A DNA stretch of 64,000 nucleotides from an uncultured Gemmatimonadales bacterium (GTDB lineage Bacteria; Gemmatimonadota; Gemmatimonadetes; Gemmatimonadales; GWC2-71-9): assembly GCA_963728915.1 (NCBI GenBank), contig CAVSLV010000001.1, forward strand, positions 1,312,001-1,376,000, read 5' to 3'. Shown piece after piece: positions 20,174-30,568 of this stretch. Positions within the stretch are counted from its first letter, which is position 1. Every line of letters begins with the position of its first letter. The position numbers were made by a program, and so were the translations under genes. The notes beneath the pieces are model-generated. The model did no database searches. It worked only from the letters and a program-made list of their open reading frames with translations, and was not told where the DNA came from.

Positions 20174-20202
20174 AAATTAGGACGGTGACCAGATCGTGAC
20201 AA
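20174..20202 (-). promoter_or_regulatory. Sigma70-type promoter for nrdJ
   Basis: TTGTCA-N17-TAATTT. Confidence 0.55.
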
Positions 20203-20266
20203 TACAGGGAGGATTTCAAGAAACTGCGCGAAAAACGGCTATGCACATCACAAATGTGATCATCGG

Positions 20267-22375
20267 TCACCGAACCTCGAGAGCCGCCTCCTGACGGGCG
20301 ACCCGCCGGTTGTCCGTGACCTCCACCGCCACACGCCAGCGGCCTGGATGGATCGATCGGGCCGAAAGCGTAGCGCGCCAGGCGACCACCGGTCCCGCAC
20401 CGGGCCTCCGGGCCACCAGGGATTGGGACAGACGATCGGGCCAGCGCCGCCAGGCCTCGGGATGCTCCAAAGGAGCGAGAAGGACTCGCACGGTCGCCTT
20501 CGTATCGGCGGCCAGTCCGAACACATCCGCCGCCAGTCGGACGTCGCCATCCCGGGGAATGGCGAGACCAGGGCTGAGGCGAAACTCCGCCCCGTCCGAG
20601 AGCGAGATCGGAATGCCACGCTCGCCAGATCCCACCAGCAGGCTGCCGACCGCCAGCACGCCGTCCCCCGGTGAAGGGACCGTGATTGTGTCGATGCCGG
20701 TGTCGATGCCCTGATTCCCATTGGTTTGCATGGCCCCGTGCACGATCAGGCGTCCGGCCCGGACCCGAAGAGGCAGGGCCCCCGCCAGCGAGGCGTGACC
20801 GCTTCGCACGATGGTATCGATCGATGCCAGCACGTTGCCAACGCTGTCGAGCGCGACGAACCGGAACCGGCCGTCCCGAGATTCCACTGAATTGACCGAA
20901 TCGGGCGGCACAAAGAATCCGACCTGCACGACCGCGCTCGCCGCGGTGCTCCCCGAGGCGAGCACACTCGACCACGCCGCGGGCTCGGGGACGAACCCCA
21001 GGCGATAGCTGTCGAATCCCATCGCGACCTGCATGCCTCGCCGGCCGAGGCCGCGCTCCTGGGCGAGATACGCGGCCACGGCGCGCTTCCCTTCGGGGAC
21101 GTCGCGATACAACGGATTGATCGAGGACCGGGAACGAAACAGGGCCGGATCCGCATGGCCGGCCGAGGATGGGTATCGCCCGTCGACCACGTCCTGGAGA
21201 CTTTCGATGAGCCTGAACTCGTGCAAGGAGGGCCGGGCCGCGAAATGGAGCACCAGATCGGAGTCGCCCAGGGAGCCTCGATAACACCACGATTCATTGG
21301 GCTCGATGCCGGGGACCGCATAGCGGACCCGCTCGTCGGGCTCACCATGACGCACGTAGATCCGGCCCCGATCATCGAGGTGACCGGAGCCCTCGGGCTC
21401 AACGACGAGGAATTCACGGGACGCCACGGCGATCCGGCGCAGATGTTCCGCGAGTCGTTCGCCATCGGTGCGCAGAGCCAGCCGATCGCGGACCGTCCAG
21501 AAGTGCCGCAGGAATTCGAGCCGCCGCACCCCGCTCCGGCGATCGAACTCCTGCAGCTCTGCCTCGGTGGCGATGGGCTCCAGGTCGCGACGCAGCTCCA
21601 GCGCCGCGAGGGAGTCGGGCTCGGCCGCCGCGGAGAGGTAGCGCATCGCGCCGCTCAGATCCCCGAGAAGAAGCTGGGTCCGACCCAGCTCGACCAGGCC
21701 GAGGGGATGATCCACTCCGGAGGCGAGGTATTTCGTGAACGAACGGAGGGCCCCGGTATCTCCGAGCTGCCGTTGGACTCGTCCGAGAGCGAGGAGCACC
21801 TGGCCGTTCTGGTCGGTGGTGGCGCGTTGCAGCGCATCGCGCACCGCATCGGCGTGCCCGGGGAATCCTTCTCGAAGAGCGCGGCTCGCCACCTGGACGA
21901 GCCGGGGAGCGAGGCCAGGCTCCTGGGAGACCGCCCGCGAGATCGAAAGGGTTCCCCGTCGGTACGCCTCCCGCGCCAGCTGCTGCCGCCTGAGATCCTG
22001 GGGCGCGCCAACCGCCAAACGATCTCCGAGGGCGAATTCGGCGGATCCCGCCCCGAACCAGGCGTAGGTCCACGCGGGGGCGAGCCGGCTGGCCCATCGA
22101 AACTCGGCGGCCGACTCGTCGAAGTGCGCGACGCCGCCGAGCTCACCCTGGCGCAGCGCGAGGGTGCCGAGATAGAGGTGATAGAAGGGTTCCTCGCGGG
22201 AACGCAACGCGGCTCGGAGGAGGAGCGCCTCCCGCTCGTGGAGGGCCATCGTGTCCGTGACCAGCCCGAGGGTATCCCGGAGGGCATCGATCTGGCGTCG
22301 CTCCTGGGGAGACTGGGCCGCGGTCCGGACCGCAAGGCTCCCCAACGCCAGCCCCACCCACACGGCGAGCCTCAT
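20267..22375 (-). CDS. GWxTD domain-containing exported protein with N-terminal TPR-like region
   Basis: Signal peptide; FW..RD, EHLRR, DDRGRIYVRHGEPD, NESWCY. Confidence 0.75.
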   Translation of the reverse strand: MRLAVWVGLALGSLAVRTAAQSPQERRQIDALRDTLGLVTDTMALHEREALLLRAALRSREEPFYHLYLGTLALRQGELGGVAHFDESAAEFRWASRLAPAWTYAWFGAGSAEFALGDRLAVGAPQDLRRQQLAREAYRRGTLSISRAVSQEPGLAPRLVQVASRALREGFPGHADAVRDALQRATTDQNGQVLLALGRVQRQLGDTGALRSFTKYLASGVDHPLGLVELGRTQLLLGDLSGAMRYLSAAAEPDSLAALELRRDLEPIATEAELQEFDRRSGVRRLEFLRHFWTVRDRLALRTDGERLAEHLRRIAVASREFLVVEPEGSGHLDDRGRIYVRHGEPDERVRYAVPGIEPNESWCYRGSLGDSDLVLHFAARPSLHEFRLIESLQDVVDGRYPSSAGHADPALFRSRSSINPLYRDVPEGKRAVAAYLAQERGLGRRGMQVAMGFDSYRLGFVPEPAAWSSVLASGSTAASAVVQVGFFVPPDSVNSVESRDGRFRFVALDSVGNVLASIDTIVRSGHASLAGALPLRVRAGRLIVHGAMQTNGNQGIDTGIDTITVPSPGDGVLAVGSLLVGSGERGIPISLSDGAEFRLSPGLAIPRDGDVRLAADVFGLAADTKATVRVLLAPLEHPEAWRRWPDRLSQSLVARRPGAGPVVAWRATLSARSIHPGRWRVAVEVTDNRRVARQEAALEVR

Positions 22376-24321
22376 CGCGCGAACTGGCTGACGAACTTCC
22401 TGATTCCTTCGAGCACCGCCGTGGCATACAGGCGGCGGCCATCGGCGCTCCGCAGGGCCGCTTCTTGTTCCGGAATCATCAGAAACATGCCTTCGGTCAG
22501 CACGGCGGGCATCCAGGTCGCGCGGGTCAGGGCCAGGTCCCCACGTCCCACCCCGAGATCGCGCAGGCCGGTCTGCTCGACCAACCTGGCCTGGATGGCG
22601 CGGGCGAGCGGGAGCGCCCGAGGGTGATTGTAGAACACGCTGGTGCCGTAATTAGTAAAAGGATTGATCCCGTCGGGAAGCGCGTTGTTGTGGATCGAGA
22701 TGAGGAGATCGGCGTCGACACTGTCGGCGAACCGGACCCGGGCCGCCAGGCTGATCGGCCGCGCATCGTTGCGGGTTAGCAGGACCCGGGCGCCCTCGCG
22801 CTCCAGCATCGGTGCGAGCTGCTGGGCGATGAGCAGATTGGCTTCGGCCTCGGCGAACCCGGTCGGCCCGGTCGCGCCGAGGGGCGGATGGCCCGGGTCG
22901 AGCACGATCAGGAGTCCGGCAAGGGGACGTCGCGCGGACACGAGCGGTGGACGCCGGATTTCGAAGAGGAGATCGGTTCCCCTCCAGGAGAGGCGATATC
23001 CGAACACCGGAAGCGCGAGGGAGAATCGGAGCTCCAACTCATCCGCCGATACCTGCCGGCTGGTGACCAGGCTCACGAGGCTGTCTTCGCGCCCATAGCG
23101 CAGCCAGTTCAGGTCCGAGCGCGCCCCGTACAACACCAGGGTCAGACTCCGGGAATCCTCCACGACCTGAACGGGGAGCCGCACCCCGACCGGGATGCGC
23201 GCGAGCACCCGGTCGGGAAGCGGCGTGAGCGTCACCGATCCGACGACCGATTGGGAGGGTCCACCGGCCGGCTTGGCCTCGCCCGCCGGAATCCAGGCTT
23301 CGCTGGTTCGGGAAAGCGCAATCCGGAGATCGTCGTTGATTCGGCCCCTAACCCGGGCCCGGGTTCCTGCCGGGAAGAACCACGTGTAGGTGCCCCCCGG
23401 AACGGTGCGCCCCTTGGTGAGCCCATCGGTCTGGCCGGTGTGGCCGGAATCAGGGTCGGTCGCGACCACGACCGGCAGGGTGTCCAGCGGAGTGAGCTGG
23501 AGCGGCCACACCGAGCGGACGGTATCGCGTCCCTTGATCGCCAGGAGGACCGGCGCGGGGAGGACGCCGGTTCGCCCACCCCGGGCCCCAGCCGCGGACG
23601 GGGCCAGAATGGTCACTCCGCGAAGGAGGGCCCGATACCGATCATTGGGCGGCGGACGCCGCAGAGAGGTCGAATCGCGATCAAAGGCACGGATCGACTC
23701 CGGGACCAGGTCGACCCCGGAATCGAGCGCGAAGGGAATGGTGCGTCGTCCGGACAGGTGGAGCTCGAGCCGGGATCCCTCGCTGGCCCTGACGGTGAGG
23801 GGCAGGTACTCGTCTCCAGGCCACCAGACCCGGCCAGTGGGCTCGAAGCTGGTAGTATCGATCCAGGGTCGGGATCCCGAAGGTGGGACGAACCTCATGA
23901 CCCGGCGAACCTGGTAGATCAGGCTCGCGGAGTCGGTCGCCGAGCGGGCCTCCAGTCGGAGACGGACGACCGAATCCCCCCGGAAGGGCACCCATGCCAG
24001 CCACGCTCCATTTGCCGCGACCGGGACCGCTTGTCCATCGATGCGCAGGGTGGCCCGGCCATCCCCCAGGGAACCGAAAATGAACGATGAGTCGCGGACG
24101 TCCACCTGGGCAGTCGAGTCGGGGTACACCACGTGGATCCGGAGTGGTCCGCCGATCGCAGGGATCGGGGGAAGCCGGTTTCTCAGAACCGTGTCCCCGG
24201 GGAACGCCACCACTGGTCGGTCCTTGACGGGGGCGATCGGCGGTTGTTGATCCGGAGGCGATGGAGTTCGGCCGGCGCACCCCGCCAGAAGCAGGGTGAA
24301 GAAGGCGTGATGGGAGCCCAT
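22372..24321 (-). CDS. N-acetylmuramoyl-L-alanine amidase (Amidase_3), lipoprotein
   Basis: Lipobox LAG-C; LDPGH, EAEAN, ISIHNNA, PAVLTEG. Confidence 0.9.
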   Translation of the reverse strand: MGSHHAFFTLLLAGCAGRTPSPPDQQPPIAPVKDRPVVAFPGDTVLRNRLPPIPAIGGPLRIHVVYPDSTAQVDVRDSSFIFGSLGDGRATLRIDGQAVPVAANGAWLAWVPFRGDSVVRLRLEARSATDSASLIYQVRRVMRFVPPSGSRPWIDTTSFEPTGRVWWPGDEYLPLTVRASEGSRLELHLSGRRTIPFALDSGVDLVPESIRAFDRDSTSLRRPPPNDRYRALLRGVTILAPSAAGARGGRTGVLPAPVLLAIKGRDTVRSVWPLQLTPLDTLPVVVATDPDSGHTGQTDGLTKGRTVPGGTYTWFFPAGTRARVRGRINDDLRIALSRTSEAWIPAGEAKPAGGPSQSVVGSVTLTPLPDRVLARIPVGVRLPVQVVEDSRSLTLVLYGARSDLNWLRYGREDSLVSLVTSRQVSADELELRFSLALPVFGYRLSWRGTDLLFEIRRPPLVSARRPLAGLLIVLDPGHPPLGATGPTGFAEAEANLLIAQQLAPMLEREGARVLLTRNDARPISLAARVRFADSVDADLLISIHNNALPDGINPFTNYGTSVFYNHPRALPLARAIQARLVEQTGLRDLGVGRGDLALTRATWMPAVLTEGMFLMIPEQEAALRSADGRRLYATAVLEGIRKFVSQFAR

Positions 24322-24401
24322 AGCCTCAAACTACCAAGCCGGGTCGCCAGGCTCCATTGTGCGGGACTGGGTCGCGCCGTCTATTTTTTGAGCAACCACT
24401 C

Positions 24402-25469
24402 ATGAGCGGCTCCAGCGATCGACGCCCCGTTCTCCTTACAGTTCGCGCCAAGAGCGACCTTGGGCGAACCCGCGACCACAACGAGGATTTCTTCGTGGTG
24501 GCCGACCTCGGTCCGGAGCGGGACCTGGCGGTCGGGGGTCCCCACCGACTCGATCCCCAGGGCAGCCTGTTCCTGGTAGCAGACGGCATGGGGGGGGCGG
24601 CGGCCGGGGAGCTGGCCAGCTCCATGGCCGGGAGTTCCATCGTCGGGCATTTCAGGGAGCAATGGTCCCGCGAGGCGTCACCCAATGCGGACCGGTTCGT
24701 GGCCCTGCTCAAGCAATCGGTCGAGCATGCCAACATGGAGGTTCACGGCTACGCGAAGGAGCACCCCGAGGTCCGAGGCATGGGCACCACCGCGACCGTC
24801 GCCGCGGTGCTGGATGGAACCCTGTATCTGGCCCAGGTGGGCGACTCGCGGGGCTACCTGGTGCGCCGGGGGGCAGCGACCCAGCTCACCAAGGATCAGT
24901 CGCTCATGCAGCGGCTGGTGGACGCGGGAGAGATCACCGAGGAGGAAGCGGCTCAGAGTGAGCGGAGAAACATCATCCTCCAGGCCCTGGGTCCGGATCC
25001 CCGAATCCGGGTGGATCTGAGCTGGCAGGAGCTCCAGCGCGGCGACATCCTGGTGATCTGCAGCGATGGCCTGTCCGGCCAGGTCAAGCGCGAAGAGATC
25101 GGTGAGGCCGCCCGGGCAGCCCAGGATCTCGATGCCCTGTGCGACCGTTTGATCGCCCTTGCCAACGCGCGGGGCGGGCCCGACAACATCACGGTGATCG
25201 CGGTCCGGTTCGATGGCGAAGGCCTTCCGCCGGCTCGACCGAGCGGCGACGTAGGGTACCACGCACTGACGGAGGAAGAGGACTCGGGGGAGACTCCGTT
25301 GCCGATGCCGGCGCCATCCGCCCCAGTGGAGTCCGACCCGACCGGGGCTTCAGGCCCGGAGCCGGCACCGGTCCCCGCGACGCGGAGCGGATCTCCCCGC
25401 ACCATCGCGGTGGTGACCGGAACGGCCCTGCTCCTCCTCGTGGTCCTCTATTTCCTGCTGCGCCGCTAG
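24402..25469 (+). CDS. PP2C-family Ser/Thr phosphatase with C-terminal membrane anchor
   Basis: NED, VADGMGG, MGTT, GDSR, CSDGL, GGPDNIT; C-terminal TM helix. Confidence 0.93.
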   Translation: MSGSSDRRPVLLTVRAKSDLGRTRDHNEDFFVVADLGPERDLAVGGPHRLDPQGSLFLVADGMGGAAAGELASSMAGSSIVGHFREQWSREASPNADRFVALLKQSVEHANMEVHGYAKEHPEVRGMGTTATVAAVLDGTLYLAQVGDSRGYLVRRGAATQLTKDQSLMQRLVDAGEITEEEAAQSERRNIILQALGPDPRIRVDLSWQELQRGDILVICSDGLSGQVKREEIGEAARAAQDLDALCDRLIALANARGGPDNITVIAVRFDGEGLPPARPSGDVGYHALTEEEDSGETPLPMPAPSAPVESDPTGASGPEPAPVPATRSGSPRTIAVVTGTALLLLVVLYFLLRR

Positions 25470-25471
25470 GC

Positions 25472-27109
25472 TCAGGCGGCGAGCAGAACCCAGCCGATCC
25501 CCAGCATTCCCCCCAGCACCAGGACCACCGCCAGGAGCCAGCGCCGGGCATCCCCGGCCAGGCTGTCGAGCGGAGCGAGGTCCAGCCGGCGCCGAACCGG
25601 CCCCCAGGCGCCGCCCGGCCTAACCCGCTGATAGAAGCGGTCCAGCACTTCAGGCCGCTCCGGTCCGGTGAGCCACATCGCGGGGAGCCAGATCGCAAGC
25701 GCGCCCAGGGCCGTGAAGGCCAGCCGGTCCCCGAAGCTCATGCCGGCGAACACCGGGAGATAGGTGGCGAGCGCGAGGAGAAGTCCCCCGCTCATGGCCG
25801 CGATCTCCGCCCAGGCATTCACCCGCCACCAGAACCAGCGGAGTAAGAGCACCAGCCCGGGACCATTGCCAATCAGGATCAGGAACCGGAACACGGTGCC
25901 CACATCCTGCATGAAGAAGGAAACCATAGCGGCCAGCAGGGTCAGTCCGACCGTGGCCCAGCGCGCCGCCCGGAGCAGGCGGCGGGTATCGGTTTCGCCG
26001 CTGAAGCGGGCATAGAGATCGTGGATCAGGTAGCTCGCGCCCCAGTTGAGCTGAGTGGAGACCGTCGACATGAACGCGGCCAGAAGACTGGCGGCGACCA
26101 GGCCGAGAAGTCCCGTGGGAAGGTACCGCACCATAAGGATGGGATAGGCCAGCTCGGGATCCGCGAGCCCGGGCAGGACCAGGAGCGCAGCGAGGCCGAC
26201 CAGCACCCAGGGCCAGGTGCGTACCATGTAATTCAGGACGTTGAATCCATACGCGGCCCGGCGCGCGGCGGCCTCGTCTTTGGTGGCGGCGAGGCGTTGC
26301 ACCAGCATCCCGCCACCGTCGCTGTTCCGGAACGCCCACCACTGAATCCCGATGTAACCCAGGAAAGTCGACAGGGGAACCAGCGCCTCGGAACCGTGTG
26401 GAATCAGCTGGAGCCGGGCGCCCTGCCCCTGGGCCTTGAGCTGGGCGACCATCGAGGAGAGCCCGCCAACCTCGTGCAACGCGTACCCCATGACCACCAA
26501 CGCCCCGCCGATTGCGAGGACGTACTGGAGGAAATCGGTGGCCACGACGCCCCAGAGGCCCGAGGCCGCCGTGTAGACCAGTACGATCAGCACGATGGGC
26601 ATCAAGGCCCACAGCCTGGGGTCGCCGGGAAGGGAGGGCAGCGCTTCCAGGACGCCGAGGCCGATCACGACCTTTCGCATCGCGAGCATGCCGTAGCCGA
26701 TGCCGATGCAATTGATCGGGACCGCGAACAGAAAGGCACGCACCCCGCGCAGCAGCGCGGCAGGCCTCCCGCCATAGCGGAGCTCGGTCAGCTCGAGGTC
26801 GGTCATCACCCCGGCTCGGCGCCAAAGCTTGGCGAGCAGCACCGCGAGCAGCAGGTGGGCGAAGGCGAAACCCCACCATTCCCAGTTTCCGGCGACGCCG
26901 GCCGCCGCTACTCGACCCGCGACGTAGAGCGGGGTATCGACATTGAAGGTCGTGGCGGCCATGGAGGCCGCCGCAAGCCACCAGGGGATCGCGCGGCCCC
27001 CGACGAAGAATTCGGCCAGGTTGCTCGCCCCTCGCCTCGCGAGCAGTAGGCCCACCGCCAGCGTGATCCCGAGGTAGAGTCCGACGACGATCCAGTCGAG
27101 GGCTCTCAC
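25472..27109 (-). CDS. Sodium:solute symporter (SSS) family transporter
   Basis: FFVGGRAIPWW, SMAATTF, GVVATD, AAFMST; GTG overlaps the nagZ stop. Confidence 0.9.
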   Translation of the reverse strand: MRALDWIVVGLYLGITLAVGLLLARRGASNLAEFFVGGRAIPWWLAAASMAATTFNVDTPLYVAGRVAAAGVAGNWEWWGFAFAHLLLAVLLAKLWRRAGVMTDLELTELRYGGRPAALLRGVRAFLFAVPINCIGIGYGMLAMRKVVIGLGVLEALPSLPGDPRLWALMPIVLIVLVYTAASGLWGVVATDFLQYVLAIGGALVVMGYALHEVGGLSSMVAQLKAQGQGARLQLIPHGSEALVPLSTFLGYIGIQWWAFRNSDGGGMLVQRLAATKDEAAARRAAYGFNVLNYMVRTWPWVLVGLAALLVLPGLADPELAYPILMVRYLPTGLLGLVAASLLAAFMSTVSTQLNWGASYLIHDLYARFSGETDTRRLLRAARWATVGLTLLAAMVSFFMQDVGTVFRFLILIGNGPGLVLLLRWFWWRVNAWAEIAAMSGGLLLALATYLPVFAGMSFGDRLAFTALGALAIWLPAMWLTGPERPEVLDRFYQRVRPGGAWGPVRRRLDLAPLDSLAGDARRWLLAVVLVLGGMLGIGWVLLAA

Positions 27110-28521
27110 CCGAGGCGATCCATGAGCCAGCGGGCGACCGCTTCCTGCATCAGGCGTTGCCGGTGCCAGGCAAGCAGGACCGGCGAATCGCCCGGAATCG
27201 CCTGGAGCAACCGAGGGTGGGTGAACAGCACGGTCAAGGCGGCCTCGGGGGAAAGCCTGGCCAGCCGGTCGCGACTCGCGGGCCCGAACCCGGCCCATCC
27301 CTTCCAGGCTCGCGGTTCCGAGAACGCAAGGACCACGCGGCTCCCTCCGGTCCCGATCCTGACCCCACGAGCCTGCAGGACATCACGAACCCAGGTTACG
27401 GGGGATGGCGGAGGCGACTGGCCTTCGTCGTCGTCGATCACGACCAACTCGACGGGCTGATGCAGATGCGGGATACTGCCCCGAAGCAGGGGTTGACTCA
27501 GCAGCCAGTCCCCCAGGGCGCGAGCGGATCCCGCCGGCGGCATCCGCTCCAGCGGTCCATCATCGCCGACCTGTCTGACCGCGGATGCATACCGGCCCAG
27601 GGCGGCTTCGACCAGGCCGCCGACTCGGGCGTCCGTCTCAGTGCGATGAACGAGCGCACGACATACTTCGGCCGGTGCTTCCGGATAGAGCAGCAGGTCC
27701 ACCCCTGCCTCGACCGCTGCAAGACTTGCTGCTTCCTCGGAGCGATCCTGCCGGGCGCCGGCCATGACGAGCGCGTCGGACACGATCAGGCCGCTGAATC
27801 CGATCTGGTTGCGTAACACGCTCAGGATGGGGGCGGAACAGGTGGCGGGGGTCCCGGTGGGATCCAGCGCGGGATACGCCACATGAGCGGTCATGACCGA
27901 GCCTACTCCCGCGGCGACCGCGGCCGCGTATGGCTCGAGGTCGGCGCGGAGATCCGCAGCGCTCGCATTCACGACGGGAAGCTCGACGTGGGAATCCGAT
28001 CGGGTCCGTCCGTGGCCGGGAAAGTGTTTGGCGCACGACATCGCGCCCGCTGCCTCGCAACCCACGATCCAGGCCGATGCGGCCGCCCCGACGGCGATCG
28101 GGTCGGAGCCGAATGCGCGGGTCTGGACGATCGGGTTTGCGGGCTCGAGATCGAGATCCAGTACCGGAGCGAGCACCCAGTTCACCCCGACCGAGCGGGC
28201 TTCGACCGCGGTCAGCACGCCGGCGCCCCGCAGCAGCGCGGGATCGTTGAGGGAAGCGAGTGCGAGAGGGGGCGGCAGCTCGTCCAGTCCCTCGAACTGT
28301 TGCCCGGGTCCCCGTTCGAGGTCGGCGGCGAAAAGGAGAGGTCGTCCAGCCTGGCGGGTGAGGTCGGTGGTCAGCTGGGAAACCGCATCAGCGGTGCCGC
28401 CGAAGAGAATGAATCCTCCGGCGCCGAACTCCAGGGCGGTGGCAATCGTCGACGCTTCGTGTGCGAATCCCGTCTCCGGACGCCAGCGGAGCGCTGGAAT
28501 CACCAACCGTCCCGGATTCAT
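27106..28521 (-). CDS. nagZ: GH3 beta-N-acetylhexosaminidase
   Basis: KHFPGHG-x4-DSH, VMTAH, VSDAL. Confidence 0.85.
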   Translation of the reverse strand: MNPGRLVIPALRWRPETGFAHEASTIATALEFGAGGFILFGGTADAVSQLTTDLTRQAGRPLLFAADLERGPGQQFEGLDELPPPLALASLNDPALLRGAGVLTAVEARSVGVNWVLAPVLDLDLEPANPIVQTRAFGSDPIAVGAAASAWIVGCEAAGAMSCAKHFPGHGRTRSDSHVELPVVNASAADLRADLEPYAAAVAAGVGSVMTAHVAYPALDPTGTPATCSAPILSVLRNQIGFSGLIVSDALVMAGARQDRSEEAASLAAVEAGVDLLLYPEAPAEVCRALVHRTETDARVGGLVEAALGRYASAVRQVGDDGPLERMPPAGSARALGDWLLSQPLLRGSIPHLHQPVELVVIDDDEGQSPPPSPVTWVRDVLQARGVRIGTGGSRVVLAFSEPRAWKGWAGFGPASRDRLARLSPEAALTVLFTHPRLLQAIPGDSPVLLAWHRQRLMQEAVARWLMDRLG

Positions 28522-29630
28522 GCCGGCGTGATCATGCCCAGCACCCGGGACCCTTTCGCTCCGGTCGCGCCAGGAAGGTTCCCCGGCTGGCCATGCACCG
28601 TCAGATATCCGAGCAGGGCGAACGCCACCGCTTCCTTGGCGGCTCCGGGGAAGAAGACCTCGTCGAACCGGCGGAGCGGTCTGCCCTCCCGGGCGAGCCG
28701 ATTCCCCAGGGCGGCCCACAGAACGGGGTGTTCGCAGCCGCCACCGGAGGCGAGCACCTCGCAACCTGAGGGCGTCCATCGGGCGAGCGCCTCGGCAACA
28801 CTTTGCGCGGTCAGCTCCACGGCGGTCGCGACGGCATCGCGGCCTGCTCGCACCAACAAACGGTCTGCGTACCCGGTACCAAACCGTTCCCGGCCGGTGC
28901 TCTTGGGAGGGGATTGCTGGAAAAAGGAGTCTCGCAGACAATCGGCAAGAATCGGCTCGAGGACCTGCCCGCCCAGCGCCAGCTTCCCGTCGACATCGTA
29001 AGGAAGATCAGGGTCGATACGTCGTGCCACCGCGTCGATGACCGCCATGCCGGGCCCGGTATCGAACGCGAGCGCCCCCTGCTCCACCGCCCGGCGGGGA
29101 ACGTAGGTGAGGTTCGCCATGCCACCCAGATTCAGCAGGATGCGGCCGTGATCCTCGGCGCCGAACAGCAGCACATCCGCCATCGGGACCAGCGGAGCGC
29201 CTTCTCCCCCCGCGGCCAGATCGCGTCCGCGAAACCCGGATACCACGCGCACTCCGAACCGCTCGGCCAGCACGGCGGGTTCACCGAGCTGGAGCGTCGC
29301 GATGGGCGGCTCGTGCCAGATGGTTTGTCCGTGGAGGGCAATGAAATCGAGAGCACTCGCCACGATGCCGGACCGCTCGAGCACCTGATCGACCGCTTCG
29401 ACCGCCCACTCGGCGATTCGCCGATGCAGATGGGCGAGCCTCCGCGCCCCACCCTCCTGTCGGCTGATCGCTTCCTCGAGCTCGAGCCGTTCCTCGCGAT
29501 GGGAGGGGCGATGGGCGAATCCAACCAGCTCGGCATGGGTCGGACCGGTGAAACGCACCAGGGCCGCATCCATTCCGTCCAGCGAAGTGCCCGACATCAA
29601 GCCGACGGCGAGCACGGGGCGCTCGGTCAT
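28518..29630 (-). CDS. anmK: Anhydro-N-acetylmuramic acid kinase
   Basis: GLMSGTSLDGMD, HGQT, GGEGAPL, FDTGPG, KSTGRE, KEAVAFA. Confidence 0.95.
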   Translation of the reverse strand: MTERPVLAVGLMSGTSLDGMDAALVRFTGPTHAELVGFAHRPSHREERLELEEAISRQEGGARRLAHLHRRIAEWAVEAVDQVLERSGIVASALDFIALHGQTIWHEPPIATLQLGEPAVLAERFGVRVVSGFRGRDLAAGGEGAPLVPMADVLLFGAEDHGRILLNLGGMANLTYVPRRAVEQGALAFDTGPGMAVIDAVARRIDPDLPYDVDGKLALGGQVLEPILADCLRDSFFQQSPPKSTGRERFGTGYADRLLVRAGRDAVATAVELTAQSVAEALARWTPSGCEVLASGGGCEHPVLWAALGNRLAREGRPLRRFDEVFFPGAAKEAVAFALLGYLTVHGQPGNLPGATGAKGSRVLGMITPA

Positions 29631-30568
29631 TCCGGGCCGACCGGCGGAGGATCTCCGAGAATGGGCCGAAGGTGATGATCATGAGCCGCGAGCAGGGCCT
29701 CGGCTTCGATCCGGCTGCAAGCGCGGCGCACCATGACGATGGCGGTCCGCACGCTGCCTCCGGCGGCCTCGATCGCGGCGCGGGCCGCCTCACGACTGGT
29801 TCCGGCCACCGCCATGACGATGCGCTCGCCGCGGTCCACCAGCTTCTGATTCCAGGCCTGGAGATCGACCATCAGGTTGCCGTAGGTCTTGCCCAGCCGG
29901 ATCATGGCGCCGGTAGTGAGCGTGTTGAGTACGAGCTTGGTGGCGGTGCCCGCCTTCATCCGGGTGCTTCCGGTCACGACTTCAGGACCGGTGAGCACCG
30001 CGATGGTCAGATCGCAGCCATCGACCGGGTCCTGGCCGGGATCGACGCAGGTGAGAAACACCGTGGTGGCGCCCCGCTCCTTGGCGCGGACCAGAGCGCC
30101 TCGCACAAATGGAGTGGTTCCACTGCTCGCAATGCCGACCACCGTGTCGGTCGCTCCGACTCCGGCTCGGTCGACGGCTGCCGCTCCTCCTTGCGGATCA
30201 TCTTCGGCCCCCTCGATGGAGCGCACCAGTGCCTCGGGGCCGCCGGCAATGATGCCGACCACGACGTCAGGCGGGGTGCCGAAGGTGGGGGGGCACTCGG
30301 AGGCATCGAGCACGCCGAGCCGGCCGCTCGTCCCCGCGCCGACATACACCAGCCGTCCGCCCCTTCGAAACGAGGACTCCACGAATGTCAGGGCCGCGGC
30401 AATCTCGACTCGCGCCCTCGCCACCGCGGCGGGGACGCTGGCGTCCTCGGCGGCGATCAGGTCCACCAGCTCCTGAGCGGTGGCCCGATCAATATCGGCG
30501 GTGCGGGGATTACGACGTTCGGTAAGGGGGATCGCCGGGGAGGATGAATCGCGAATGGGCGAGGCCAT
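29627..30568 (-). CDS. murQ: N-acetylmuramic acid 6-phosphate etherase
   Basis: TERRNP, GAGTSGRLGVLDASECPPTF, GSTRMKAGTATK. Confidence 0.95.
   Translation of the reverse strand: MASPIRDSSSPAIPLTERRNPRTADIDRATAQELVDLIAAEDASVPAAVARARVEIAAALTFVESSFRRGGRLVYVGAGTSGRLGVLDASECPPTFGTPPDVVVGIIAGGPEALVRSIEGAEDDPQGGAAAVDRAGVGATDTVVGIASSGTTPFVRGALVRAKERGATTVFLTCVDPGQDPVDGCDLTIAVLTGPEVVTGSTRMKAGTATKLVLNTLTTGAMIRLGKTYGNLMVDLQAWNQKLVDRGERIVMAVAGTSREAARAAIEAAGGSVRTAIVMVRRACSRIEAEALLAAHDHHLRPILGDPPPVGPE

Noticed and set aside
20066..20266. Cobalamin riboswitch upstream of nrdJ
   Set aside because: No B12-box or conserved core was recognisable.
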